Below are positions 1 through 16,153 of a stretch of DNA of 64,000 nt, piece after piece. The stretch lies in contig JAQFVV010000004.1 of the NCBI GenBank assembly GCA_028023455.1, forward strand, positions 1,116,001 to 1,180,000. Reading direction: 5' to 3'. Both the position numbers and the translations under genes were made by a program. The DNA comes from Epiperipatus broadwayi. Its lineage: Eukaryota; Animalia; Onychophora. Each line of letters begins with the position of its first letter. Within the stretch, counting starts at the first letter, position 1. The notes under the pieces are model-generated. The model ran no database searches. It was not told the DNA's origin and worked only from the letters and a program-made list of their open reading frames with translations.

Positions 1-837
1 GTTTTTTAATAAAAAAAGAAAAAAAATAATTCCACTTTTCCTAGCTTGTCTAAGAATAAATAAAGATGAACATTTAAATAATGACAAACAAGAATGAAAT
101 TTAAATAGAATAAGGCATTATTAAAATCCAAATTTAAACAGTCTAAATTTAAACTATAAAGATGGGGTATGTAAGTGATATGATGTTTTCTTTTAGGAAA
201 AACAGCAGGAAAGACAGTTGTAATGCTTAAAACAGATTACAAACAAGCCGATCTCAGAAAAATACAAGTTTATGAAAGGTTTAATGGAAGTTTCAAATTC
301 ACCATGTCCCTATAAAGCATGATGAGTGAGGTCCAATATCAAGATAAGTGTGACTTTTCTTTTATGCAAATGACATTTTTTTCTCAGAATTATAATGGTC
401 AGACATTTTATCTGCAAGTTCTGAAACATATGATACAGTAAAATATAAATATCCCATTTTGTGGCAAAGTGAGGAGTGCAATCTTCACCACAATAAAGTG
501 TAAGGGTGCAGAGAATTGAGTGTGAAACAATTTTTAATTAAATTCAGCATAACGCAGCTTATCTAGCAGACATATTTTTTTTTTTTTGGCTGTTTTTTAT
601 TCTCTTGAATAAAAAAATGCTTCCGTATTATTTTTTTTTTTGGCAGAATTAGAAGTGATGGGAAAAATGATGGAGGCATTAAAAGACATCACTTTACAAT
701 TGTTTCTGGACTATTTTGAAAAATAAAAGTCACATTTAGATTAGTGAATTGCATCAAGTGAACAGTAATTTGATGATTCAATTTATAATATCTAAAATTC
801 TGCAAACTTTCAGATACCTCTTATATATATAATTAAA

Positions 838-1075
838 GGAGATTTGAACCCAGACTCGTAAGTTCCCCACAGTCATTCACTCCATCCAACACATCTGATG
901 TACATGATTACACATGTGTGAAAAAGATAAATGACTTCCAATATGTACATTTCATGCTGAATCACCATTCACCACCCAGTCTGGATCATCTCCCACTCAC
1001 ATATACAATCAGTACTTGGCCTATATCAAGATAGCAAATCTACACACTGTAATGGGCAGGCTTCAATCCTCTCCC
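838..1075 (-). mobile_element. Family A short HHR-bearing repeat, degenerate copy
   Basis: Reverse complement matches family A (GGGTTCAAATCTCC end; CAGCATGAAATGTACATATTGG at 938-960). The CUGAUGA core is disrupted. Confidence 0.7.
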
Positions 1076-2335
1076 CCCCCCAACAACCAATTAAAACAAC
1101 AAAAAGGGGATGGAGAAGGGGTGAAAAAAATAATACCTTTGGAGTAATCTGGTGCTCTTTATATATAAAGACACCCCCGCTCTCTCCCTCTAACCTTCCA
1201 TTTTCTCTGATACAACTTTTTTGTTGTGCTACAGAATGCAGGCTGCTATGTTGCGTGGCAGTATAGCATTATATCGCATCGCAGCAAATACATTTTCCAA
1301 ATTTGCACAGTTTATAAAATAGTTACGGCTTGATGAGAGAGTTTGTATTTGAATTGGATGGAAATGTTGTTTTCATTGGATTTTTTTTTATTTTAAGTAT
1401 TGAAATGTTCAGATTTTTTAAAGTAATATTCTAAGACTTTTTACAATGTACTGTATTGAAGTTTTAATTGGGAAAATGTTAAATATCTATGTTTTTAGTG
1501 AGTTGCAATTAGGTAACGTGTCAAGTAACGTACTGTTTGTAACATTCCACGAGATAAAGAAGATTCTACCGTGTATATATTTTTGAAGTAAAAAAGAGCA
1601 GTCCCAAAAAAATATCCAGTAAGAAAAAGTACAAATATACATGATTTTTTGTAAATTTCATAAAAAGCAAATATTATAAACATGTTTAATAAGTAAAGAA
1701 GACATTTATATGTCTTTATTGTTGTTTAAAAAATTTGAGTTTCTTTATTTTATCCGAGTAAGGTTACGATTTTGAATTTTTTTATTTTAGCATTACAAAC
1801 AACAGAACACTAACCCTAAAACTAACTTTAAAACTAACCCTAAACCTAACCGTAACAACTTTTACTTTTTATTATTTGAAGTAAAAAATAGCCGTAATAT
1901 CTCTTTGTCTGTAAAAAAAAAAAAAGTAAAACGAAAACTAAAAAAATAAAAAATAGACTAAGAAATTTTACTTTTTATTACGATTATTATTTTTTAGTTA
2001 AACAACAACAACAAAAAAAGTTGTAACACAAGTAAAAAAATATCCGATAGAAAATTGATAAAAAAAAAAAAAAGCTGTAACATAATTAAAAAAATATACG
2101 TTAGAAAAAACATGAATCAAGTTGTAATTTATTGATTTTATTTTACATTTATTATTATCATTTAAATTGTATACGTTAATAAAAAATAATATTTATAAAA
2201 GATGATTTTGTTTTGTTTTTATTTTCGCAGTACAAAAAAGCACAGCAAAATTATTATAATCAACGGCCCGGGAATGGTCATATTTTATAGTTTTAGCTTG
2301 AAAACGGCGCCATCCAACAGCATCTTTATCTATAA

Positions 2336-2645
2336 ACAAAGCAAAGCAAAACCATATAGTAGTGCCACCTGTGCTAAACAGAGTAATCAATGGATGCCAG
2401 AAGGCTTGTGCATAAAATTCCTATCTAATGCCTACTCATCCAATATCCCCAGACTAGTTTCTGGCTTGTGGCCTTCATCAGTGAGGAGCTTTGGATCTGA
2501 GAGCACTGCATCTAGATCTTAGGATCTAATGCAACCCTCTAGCAACCACCTTTTTGCTACTACTATATGGAGTTTTGCTTTGCTTTGTTTATAAACAATT
2601 ATGTGCTAGTATTGGAAATGTGATCATGTGATGCTTGCTGGTTAA
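2336..2645. mobile_element. Family B non-autonomous PLE-type insertion (inverted HHR segment plus direct 3' end)
   Basis: 15-bp direct repeat CATCTTTATCTATAA at 2321-2335 and 2646-2660. 2336-2555 is antisense family B and 2557-2645 is its sense 3' end. Near-identical to 39969-40190 and 40520-40777. Confidence 0.8.
2446..2487 (-). ncRNA. Type I hammerhead ribozyme, family B, intact core
   Basis: Minus strand: TCCTCA CTGATGA A GGC-CACAA-GCC A GAAA CTAG TC^ TGGGGA. Helix I 6 bp, helix II 3 bp, palindromic helix III ACTAGT, GUC cleavage triplet. Confidence 0.85.
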
Positions 2646-2670
2646 CATCTTTATCTATAAGACAAGCACC

Positions 2671-3010
2671 GGTCAATCTGACCATCACATCAGATTTTTA
2701 GTGATATGGATGTCCTGGTGAGTTGGAAAGTGGAGAGGATTGAAGCCTGTTCATTGGAATGTTTACATTTGCTATCTTGACATAGGCTGAGTGCTGATTG
2801 TATATATGTGTGGTAAATGATGATCTGGACCAGTTGGTGAGTGCTGGCTCAATGTGAAATGTGTGTATTAGAGGTTGTTTGTCTTTTTCATGTGTACGGT
2901 CATATGCATTTATTGTGTTGTATGGAATGAATGACTGTGGTGAGCTTGAAGATCTGGGTTCAAATTCCCTTTAATTGTATCTAGGTTAAGTATATACATT
3001 ATACTTGTAT
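2671..3010 (+). mobile_element. Family A repeat, degenerate HHR at 2830-2871
   Basis: Homologous to 3645-4050. Decayed motif CCAGTTGGTGAGTGCTGGCTCAATGTGAAATGTGTGTATTAG; GGGTTCAAATTCCC at about 2956-2969. Confidence 0.7.
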
Positions 3011-3644
3011 TTCAATATTATATATATAAGATTTAGTGACATCAGTTATTATGATGAAAAAAATAGTTCAAAGTAAAGACAGAAAAATTCTAGTTTCTTC
3101 AACAAAATTGATAATAAAAAAGATATTACTTATGTGTATTGACTCAAGCTTGGTAGAAATGTTTGACAATTTATAATTTTTCCCTGGTAATATCTGTAAT
3201 CTATTGAAAATTTTACGTGAACCGATGTCATATTTTTATACACACCAAGACTATCACTATCTTTATCTATCTCTTGCTTTGATTTTAAATACTTGCAATT
3301 TTGGCTTTAATAATTATATGTATTTTATTTTTCGCTCTGAAATAAAGAAAACAAAATTTATTTGATGTAAATAAGATTCAAATTCTACTATTATTTGTGA
3401 TTAGTGATATTGGGGCATAGCTGATAAAAAGCATTCTTCCAAAACTGTTTCCATGAGCTTTATATTGTCATAGTTCAGAATTTTATTATTGTATAATAAT
3501 ATACATTATTTAAATAATGAACTAATAGAGGATGTTTGCTTGCACTTACTTATAATACTATTTTTGTAATACATGATTTATGAAAAATTCTCTACATATG
3601 AATATTAATAGCATAAAAAATCTATAAATGATAAAAAAAATCTG

Positions 3645-4050
3645 CCCATCCCTCTTTTATGTATTTAAATGGATACTGTCCTATACATGAGGGGTCAGAG
3701 TGACTTGAGGTCAACATGAGCATAACAACAATATTGGCATCAGCATGGGATTTGGACATTTTATCATCAGATTTTCAATGGTATGGATGGCTGAAGAGTT
3801 GGAGGTTGGAGTAGATTGAAGCCTGCCCATTAAAGTATAAAGATTTGCTCTCTTAATATAAACTGAGCACTCATTGTATATATGTGTGGGAGATGATAAC
3901 CTGGACCAACTGATGAGTGCTGATTCAGCATGAAATATGCATATTGGTGATTATTTATCTTTCTTACATGTATATGGTCATGTATCTCAGTAATTTGAGA
4001 TAGTAAGGATAGTTGAAGGTTGCTTGAAAGTTTGAGTTCAAATCCCCTAT
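3645..4050 (+). mobile_element. Family A repeat monomer (~400 bp)
   Basis: Full module order shared with 39630-39970 and 60925-61295; ends GAGTTCAAATCCCC. Confidence 0.8.
3905..3948 (+). ncRNA. Type I hammerhead ribozyme, family A, intact core
   Basis: ACCAA CTGATGA GTGCTG-ATT-CAGCAT GAAA TATGCA TA^ TTGGT. Helix I 5 bp, helix II 6 bp, palindromic helix III region ATATGCATAT, AUA triplet. Confidence 0.85.
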
Positions 4051-4459
4051 ATTTATAGCTGATTTTCATAAATATTGGTATGGGGAATATGAAGATGATG
4101 TTAGACATCTCTTATGGACTCAACAATCACATGATTAAAGTATTACTGAGCTTCAGTAGACTATTTTTTAAACAACAAATGACAGAACATTTTCAGTGAC
4201 ATTTTCCAGTAAATTTGAGATTTGTATCCACAAGTAGCTTAACTTTAATTAAAGATATATATATATATATATATATAATTATTCAAAACAATACAATAAT
4301 TAATACAGTAACAATATTTTAAACAAATATATCCACAAGTAGCTTAACTATAATTAAAGATATATATATATAGTTTCTTTAATCCAATTCCATTCCTTTA
4401 TATATATAATAATTTATATCCTCTCCCCTACTGACATGCAATTGAATGTATGCAAAAAG

Positions 4460-4670
4460 AATATTTCTGTAGTGTAATTTTCAGTACACCTGGGCCAACT
4501 GATAAATGCTGGATCAGCATAAAATGTGGATTTTGCAGTTCATACATCTTTTTCACCCCCCTTTGGTTGTATGTTTATGATTACACTGCTTCACAAGGTA
4601 TTAAAAGCTGAAAAACCAGTTCCTACCATGCAGCAGAGTGGTGTAGTGAAAATTACACTACAGAAATATT
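4460..4670. mobile_element. Inverted-repeat-flanked element containing a decayed family A-like HHR
   Basis: 31-bp inverted repeats (AATATTTCTGTAGTGTAATTTTCAGTACACC, 4460-4490 vs 4640-4670, 1 mismatch). Internal CCAACTGATAAATGCTGGATCAGCATAAAATGTG. No TSD seen. Confidence 0.55.
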
Positions 4671-5515
4671 AGTCATTAAGTGGATAATCTCTAGTCTAAT
4701 GAATAACTAATAAAATTATTAAGATACTTTCATCAAGTGGTTTGTGTCAAAGTTGTGACACATCAATTAGACTGCAGTAATTCCCTATATATATTTGAGA
4801 GATTGTGACTTGGGTCAACTGGTGAGTGTTAGTTAAATTAAATTATAACACTCTAATATTGATATATACTGAACTGAGATGGGAAAGACATTTTAGATAT
4901 TATAATTTGGACACACTAAAATGGATCTTGGAAGATCATTGGCCTTTTTTTACCAAGTCCTTATTCATATATTTGAAGTGCCTGTACATAAAAGTTTTAA
5001 ATATATCTATTGTATACAAGAAGAAGAGAAATTGAGTTGAAATTATGTGGCTGTGTTTAATAAGTATAAATATCTGATATTAAATTTTAAAAATGGTGTT
5101 ATATGATTCTATCTTTATATAATACAAAAAAAAAAATCAAACTCATAATACCTATTGCAAATGATGGTTTTATGTCTTATTAATAATATAAAAAGTATTC
5201 CTATACTTTTACTCAATCTCTCTATGAATATGTTTGTAAATATAATAATTAGCTCCATGAGATTTCATTACCATAATGTGGTGTTCAAATCTAGGCTGAA
5301 TGAACCATGACAATTTTTCAGATTATAAGCAGATTTAGAAAAATATTCAGAAACTGGCTCACTGTCTGCTTAGTTAATCATGCAGTATTAGTGGATAAAT
5401 GGGTATCTAATCTAAAAGTCCAAGTCTTTTGATTAAGAGTGAAAGATATATATAATATGATAGCACTGAACATCATATGATGATCATTCTTTATGCTTCC
5501 AGAAGCTGTTTACAC

Positions 5516-5665
5516 AGAGGGAAACTTTCTATACAGTAGTGCCACTCAGTGCAAACAGAGTAATCGATGGATGCAGGAAGCCACAAACTAGAAATTAGGG
5601 TGGAGATATTGGATGAGTATGCACTAGGTAGGGATTTTATATACAAACCTGTCTGCATTCATTTA
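5516..5665. mobile_element. Family B derivative, old (antisense piece followed by sense piece)
   Basis: GAAACTTTCTATACAGTAGTGCCAC...AGAGTAATCGATGGAT (antisense B) joined to GATATTGGATGAGTATGCACTAGGTAGGGATTTTAT (sense B). Confidence 0.6.
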
Positions 5666-6289
5666 TTATGCTGGGCTTGGAAAAAGATAAGGGGGATTTA
5701 GAGATAAAGGCTGTAGAATTGACAAAGATTATGTTGTGGAAATGGGATGGAGCAGAATATGGGAAAAATTAGACTGGGGGAATGTAAAATTAAGTAGCTA
5801 ACAAGTTTTTCTTGATATAATTGCCCAGAGATTCTTGACTTCGCTTAAGGAATAGCTACAGTACATCACATCACATCACATCACTGTATGTAATACGACA
5901 GTGCTTTATCAGTTAGTGAGGGGAAATACCATACTCCTAGAGTCAGTCGTACAACTTTTCTTTATACATGTATAATAACAATAAATGTAGCCATCTTTAT
6001 TGCAACAATTTATGTTACTTTTTAAAGCAAAATTTCAGCAATATTTTTTGAAGAAACAATAATATTATTAATAAATGTTAAAATAATTAATATAGAAAAC
6101 GAACTGAATAAAATGGATGAGAAAAACTATATAGGACATGATTATAGAATTGATTTTATTAAAATTGACGAAGATTAATATAAAAAAAAAATTGGATTTA
6201 TTTTATTTATTTTTAAAATGTTTCACTATTTATAACTAAATAGAATTCCTGTGTTAATTTTTATTATTGTTATTTTACAATAGTTCTTA

Positions 6290-6498
6290 GACTTCAGCTC
6301 ATCGCATTAAATATTCACGAGCGCATCAACTGCAGGTTAGTTCAAAAGTTTTTCTTTTTTGGCAATTACTGCAAATACTTGTCAAGCCTGCCGTCCGCTA
6401 AGTTCTCGGCTGGTGGAAAAACTCGGAAAAAGTTTTTACTTTAATAAGATATGATTAAACTATCAATGTGAGCGAAGTCACTGTTGATTATGGTGAGT
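6290..6498 (+). promoter_or_regulatory. Candidate host promoter/first exon ending in ATG plus splice donor
   Basis: Local CpG-retaining patch amid CpG-depleted DNA. ATG at 6490-6492 directly followed by a consensus donor GTGAGT (6493-6498). No downstream exon could be assigned. Confidence 0.3.
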
Positions 6499-6780
6499 GG
6501 CTTTGTGTCAATTTTCTCTATCAAATTCTAATTGAATTTATTATCATTCTTCTTAATGATATTAAAATCATCTTCCACCTGCTTGCAAGATTAAAAAAAA
6601 ATTTCTGAAAACAAAATTGAATTCCTCAAATATAAGTCATTACTATCTTGCCAATATATTTTATTGGTTGTTTTAATAATTAATAGTTAGTCATCCATTA
6701 CTTAATTAATTTTTGTTGTGTGTGCTTATAAATCCAGGAAAAAGTCTTCAAATATTTTGTTACTTTTGAAACCTAACCAT

Positions 6781-6782
<2 letters not shown>

Positions 6783-6819
<37 letters not shown>
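6783..6819. repeat. (GT)n microsatellite
   Basis: About 14 TG units followed by TATG. Confidence 0.95.
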
Positions 6820-7593
6820 GGTGGTGCATTAGCCAAATATTAGTTACTTTATCCTATTTGCAATTTGATGCAGGGAAGAGTGGTGGAGATAAGACCTAAA
6901 GATTTCTGGATCGATTTTTTGACTATATCGAATTTTTTAAAAATTGAATAGAATGTTTGTATTCAACCTGTTTCTGGATTTATCAAATGTCACATGATCT
7001 TTTGATCATAAAATTTACCTTATAAAAAATGCAATGCTTTATCTATCATTAATAGTTTGCTATAATCAGCTATTGTTATTTTTTTCTTTTGGGTATTTGA
7101 ATGGGATTCTAAGATTTCTCATAAGTCCATTCTCCAATATCAGTAAGTTTTTTTTTGAGAACTTTTACTTGTTCTCTAACAAACATTTCTATAAATGAAA
7201 AACTGCTCCATACAAAAGAATTTCACTTTTGAATAGAAATTATATTCTAGTTTTAAGTTACATAAAAACAAAGCAGAATTAATTTACAATACACGGAGAA
7301 AATCAAAAAGTAAAGGCAATTGTTATAAATTGCCTTTAGTTTTTAATTTTTTATGTATGTAATCAATGCAATCACTTTATAAAAAATAATAATTATGCAA
7401 CACATAGCATAATTTTTTTATCCCAATAAAAGCAGTGGTCTACGCTGTCTCTCTGCGACTCTAGCGTCATCTGTTGTAAAGTTATTTATACTATAGTAAG
7501 CTGAAAGATTCAAATGAAATGTTGGTATTAACATTCCTAAAGTAGTAAAAAAAGTGTCTACTGTTGGAAAAGAAATTAGTTATTAAAATAGTT

Positions 7594-7756
7594 TGTAAAA
7601 GACCCAGAAAGAGACCACATATGAGATGGATGGATGAAATAAGAAACTGTGCAAGGGTGATGTGGAGAAGAGAAGCTAAAGATCAAAGAAGATGAATTAA
7701 ACTTAGAGAGACCTTCATCCTGAAGTGAATTGATAATGGTTGATGCTGATGATGAC
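7594..7756 (+). mobile_element. RTE-clade LINE 3' end remnant
   Basis: Encodes a decayed KRPRxRPxxRWMDEIR...W motif and ends in a (GAT)n-like tail; homologous to 13790-13935. Confidence 0.7.
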
Positions 7757-8689
7757 TGAACTAGTATCAGATATTTATAACTGCATTAGCAGATTTGGTT
7801 GGGTTCAAAACCTTGTGTTTTTTTTTCAGCCTGATTTCTTTACAAAATACTATAATTGCATCATTAATTGGTCTGATAATAAATTATTATTTTGGTTGGG
7901 TCTTTTCAAAATTGAATGTATCCAAGAAATTTTTATTCTAGTAATGTTAAAAATGCAACACTGATTAAAATAGAAATGAATTAAATTAAAAAATAATTTT
8001 CAACTTGATAGTACAAAGATTCTACTTTTGAATCCCCAAGTCTTCATTTATAAAGGCAAAAGCCAAAAATTGTGCGAGGTTGAGGATTTCACTATAAACA
8101 GGTAATCTTTGCTTGATCAAGTTCAATAGATAGCACTAGGATAATAGAAAGATGAGAATTCTATCATTAATATTTATTCAAAGAATTTAAAAGCATTTTG
8201 TTAGTGGATGATGGAAATAGTATAGGGGCAAAGATATCTCAACTGTCAGAATTCATTTCTATATATTCTGAAAATAATGAAGGAAGCAAAGATCCCTTCT
8301 AACATCATAGAGTTTCAAATCAAAAAGGTATATGTGATCATAAGATGAAAATATTTCAGAAAAGCATCCAAAAGACTATGGCAAGTGAAATCAACTGGTT
8401 GTCTAATGAGAATTTATTCATATTATATAACTTCTGTTAAATGATGGTAAGGAAATGATATTATTGAGTAATGAAAAGTCAAGCATCTGAAATAATAGCT
8501 GTTGTTAATTAGAATTGTATGTAAACTCCAATTCTGTTTTCCATTTTTATAAGAATGGTTTTTCAGAAAAAATTAATGATTGTTTCATAAAGCAATAAAG
8601 CAAATTATCATGATGTACTGTAAGTTCGATAGTGGAATTTTTGAATGATCTTATTAAAATCAAACAAGTTGCTGGTGATTATGCAATTT

Positions 8690-12520
<3,831 letters not shown>

Positions 12521-13624
12521 TTATGATTTGAGTAACTCCATATTTACTCCTTCCAGGCAAGATACCAAAAGCTTCTATCTTAATTAATTTTCTATTCATA
12601 CTCATAATGACTAATTGTATATTTTAACATTTTGAATACAACTTCTAAAAATTTTGTTTTACTAATTAATGTTTATATAACTCAGTAGGTGCTTTTTCGT
12701 CCACAATGAAAGAAAATTTTCAGAAATATCATTAGTTTGAATTTTGTAACTAAAAATGTGAATCAATTTTTAAAATCTTGCATCTGTATAATTATATAAA
12801 GTCAGAATATTATTTTTAATGAAAGAATTCAAATGTTTAAACCAATATTTTATCTGATGATGCATGGTTTGATGTAATGGTCAAATGGCTGACTTGGAAT
12901 CAGGAGAGAATAAATCCACCTATTCTTGGAGTTCTGATGTTTATAAGCATGTGTTGTCCAACATTACTGTTAACTCAGATTGAAATTAGTATATCATCAA
13001 AATATGTTTGAGAAATTTTTTTATAGCAGCAGAAGCAAGTTCTGCCATTAAAAATCAATTATACAAGGCTGGAGACAGAATCTCTCTTAAAATAGACAGA
13101 TTTGGGCATTGAAATGCAACATCAGACTCCAACATGCCACTGTTACATCTAATAAGTTAAAAGATTAAATATTTTACCATAATGATTTAACTATTTTGTC
13201 TAAATTAGTTGTATATAAATTTATTATTCTACAAAATTTATCATATAAAAATGAGGAATTAAACTCAATCATCATCATAATATAAAATTACTCAAATGTT
13301 TTATTCATTTAAAAAATACTTCAATATTCTTAAAATAAAATGGCCAAAAAATGCAATCTTAGTCCATATGTAATGATAATGAATTTATCAATGTAGGGTA
13401 TATTGTTGATGGATTGGATAAATAAAATGAATGAATGAATGATTAAAGAATTTCTTTAAAAAAAAACATTTTTTTTGTAATCTTATGCTTCATTTTTTGT
13501 GGAACTTGATTCTGTTGATATAAAAAAAAATTTTATTATGGGTTTATAATAATGAGAACAATAATTAGACAATATTAAAAATTTTCAATAAGAAAAACTT
13601 TTGCAGATAACAAATAAGTAGATT

Positions 13625-13935
13625 TTAAGATGAGCATGTGATATATGTGAAAGCAATACAGAGACTTCAGACCACTCAAAGAAGTATGGAGTGATAGGTT
13701 CATTGAAAAAATTAAAAGTCTGAAGTGGAGTTGGGCTGGACATATTGCTAGAAGAGATGATAATAGATGGACAATTGAATGAAGAGATTGTAAAAGACCC
13801 AGAAAGATACCACATGTGAAATGGATGGATGAAATAAGAAAGTGTGCAGGAGTGATATGGAAAAGAGAAGCTATAGATTGGAGAAGATGGATTGAACTTG
13901 GAGAGACCTTGGTTGATGATGATGATGATGATGAT
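13625..13935 (+). mobile_element. RTE-clade LINE 3' fragment with (GAT)n tail
   Basis: IKSLKWSWAGHIARRDDNRWT ... KWMDEIRKCAGVIWKREA..W..LGE followed by a (GAT)n tail, the typical RTE C-terminus. Confidence 0.85.
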
Positions 13936-14355
13936 TTGGGATTTTACAAATTGGTTTGTATAGTCATTGCAAACTTCATCTTAAATATTTTTATTTTTTC
14001 TTGAATTAGAATAGCATTCTCACTTATCAATGATTATTATTGATGATGATAAAAAATGTTGGAAGATGTAACATTATAACTAATTGCTTAGAATTATCTT
14101 ACAAGGTGATATAAATATCATTGTAGCACCTCTCTTTGTCAGAACACCTGCAATATACTGGATATATAAGAATATCAAAGAGATTATCAAGAGATTATCT
14201 TTCTGACAAATGATGTAATTCACTGTCAAATTTAAATTTACACCGGTTGTAAACATTTTTTTTATAGCCAATCAATGTAAGATAAGAAGTTTTTTTTATT
14301 TCTTTTTAAAAACTTTATAATTAATTAATGTTTTAAATACAAGTATAATATATAT

Positions 14356-15847
14356 TGTAACATCCAGTGGTATATCTTAGGGTTTATACGTTTTATATTC
14401 ATTGACCAAATTAAACTCAATTTGCATTTAATGTGTCAGGTAATTTTATCAAACACAATTATTTTTCCTGGTCATACAACGTCACTTAACATAACTAAAC
14501 TTGAATAATAGTGAGAAGAGAACCAGCTTTTAATTTATTTGAAAGGCACCAGAATTCTATCCAAGAATTCACTGGCTCACCCCCCCCCCATCTTTATTAG
14601 ATACTATTATCAAATTATTTGCTACACCAGGAGGATTGTATTTGCTAATACGGCATCAACAATTCAGTAAAGTAATAATGGTTGAATTTAAACAATTTTA
14701 TCCTATTAATAACTAACAAGTAGACAGCAATGTAAGTTATATTCAGGTTTATTAATTCATAATTAAAATATTTATAATATTACTAAGAGAATAAAAATAT
14801 AAAAATTAAATGGTTATTAAAAATTACTGCTCTTAAGATTTAGATTTTTAGTAGACTGATTCAACATAGCATTGGATCATTATAGTTCAAAAAAGTCATC
14901 ACTTCTAATTTATGCAACAAAATTTTTTAAAGGTAAGTTTCAACTGTTCAATTATATCATTTATAGAATTATCATGCATGTGTTTGTTTGTCCTGAGAGG
15001 GATTCATCGTACATTCTTCTTACAGCTTGCAGGTAGTCTGTGATTCAAAGGTTCAAGTAGACAATGGCTTCACTCATGGCATTATTGTGACTTCAGGTAG
15101 GAAGAAAACATCAGCAAACAAACTCTTCTCTATTCATGCATATTACAGTGATTCAGTACATTGGTGAGAGTACCTTTGCACATTTTATATATTCTTGCAG
15201 CTAAAATTAATTTATATCAAATGGTTATTTCAAGTCACATATAATACTAGGGAAATGAAAATTCTAAGACAACTGATGAACAATGTACTTGCTTTTTATA
15301 GTCTTTCTGATTTTTAGTCTGCCATGCAAATTCTGTTGGCACCAGTTAACTTTGACAAAATTTAATTTATTTATATATGGTATGGCTGAAGATTTATCAG
15401 TCCCATATAGCTATTTGAGTTGGATAGCTGGGTTTGAAGACAGGTAGATGTCTGAAAATTTCAGATTTCCACTCAATAGATAACTTTTAGATAAGTGCTT
15501 GGCTTTGGATTGGTTTATTTATTAATTTATTTTTGTTTCTTTTTTTCCCTTTGGTTACCATCTTTAATTATGGTGAAATAATGCTGTCACTTTAAGGTTA
15601 AGTATTTCGAATTGATTTACACTAAGATTTTACCCTTGTCTTAGCACAAATCAGAGTAACGTTTAGTTATTCCCTTTATCACTTTTCTTTTAAATTTCTT
15701 TAACTTCAAAAATATATATATAACTTACATTGTCAAAAAAAATACAATCAGATATTTAAAAAGAAAAATATTATTTTCCTTTCAGGAATTTGGTAATTTA
15801 AAATTCTAAATTGCCAATGCAACTTGTACCAAAACAAATACAGTACA
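14356..15847 (-). repeat. 3' LTR (1492 bp, with a later insertion at 15375-15513)
   Basis: Colinear with 19524-20849. Purine-leaning tract CCGCGGAGGTAT abuts it on the minus strand (putative PPT). Confidence 0.9.
15375..15513 (+). mobile_element. Family B upstream-segment insertion in the 3' LTR
   Basis: Absent from the 5' LTR; flanked by TTTATTTAT; homologous to 22000-22110 and 40400-40520. Confidence 0.6.
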
Positions 15848-16153
15848 ATACCTCCGCGGTCAACAACAAGAATAAAATAGGATGTTTAACCTTGTTTTTA
15901 CTTATAATAACCTTTAACTTCTCAGTTAATCATACTAATACTGAATTACCATTATGTTTTATTTTATAATGGACATCCGAGGTCTTAAGGGTTTAAATCT
16001 GACCAGTTTATTCTTCAAGGTTATCTATATGGATAACTTGTTCTATAAGGCCTTAATGCCCTTGCATTGTATATTCCCTTCTTTTTCCTTTTGTTTGTGA
16101 AACACATTTTGGCCATTCTCTCCAAATATCTGATGTGGTTGCTCATTCATATT

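Noticed and set aside
197-315. Possible terminal exon (TTTTAG acceptor, KTAGKTVVMLKTDY...FTMSL*)
   Set aside because: Short, no recognisable homology, and the nearest upstream donor would give an implausibly short intron.
1810-1856. Telomere-like CTAACCCTAA/CCTAACC motifs
   Set aside because: Only a few interrupted units; such motifs are common inside insect interspersed repeats.
8012-8101. Possible internal exon (TKILLLNPQVFIYKGKSQKLCEVEDFTIN, CAG|GTAATC)
   Set aside because: Weak acceptor and no recognisable protein; cannot be supported without RNA data.
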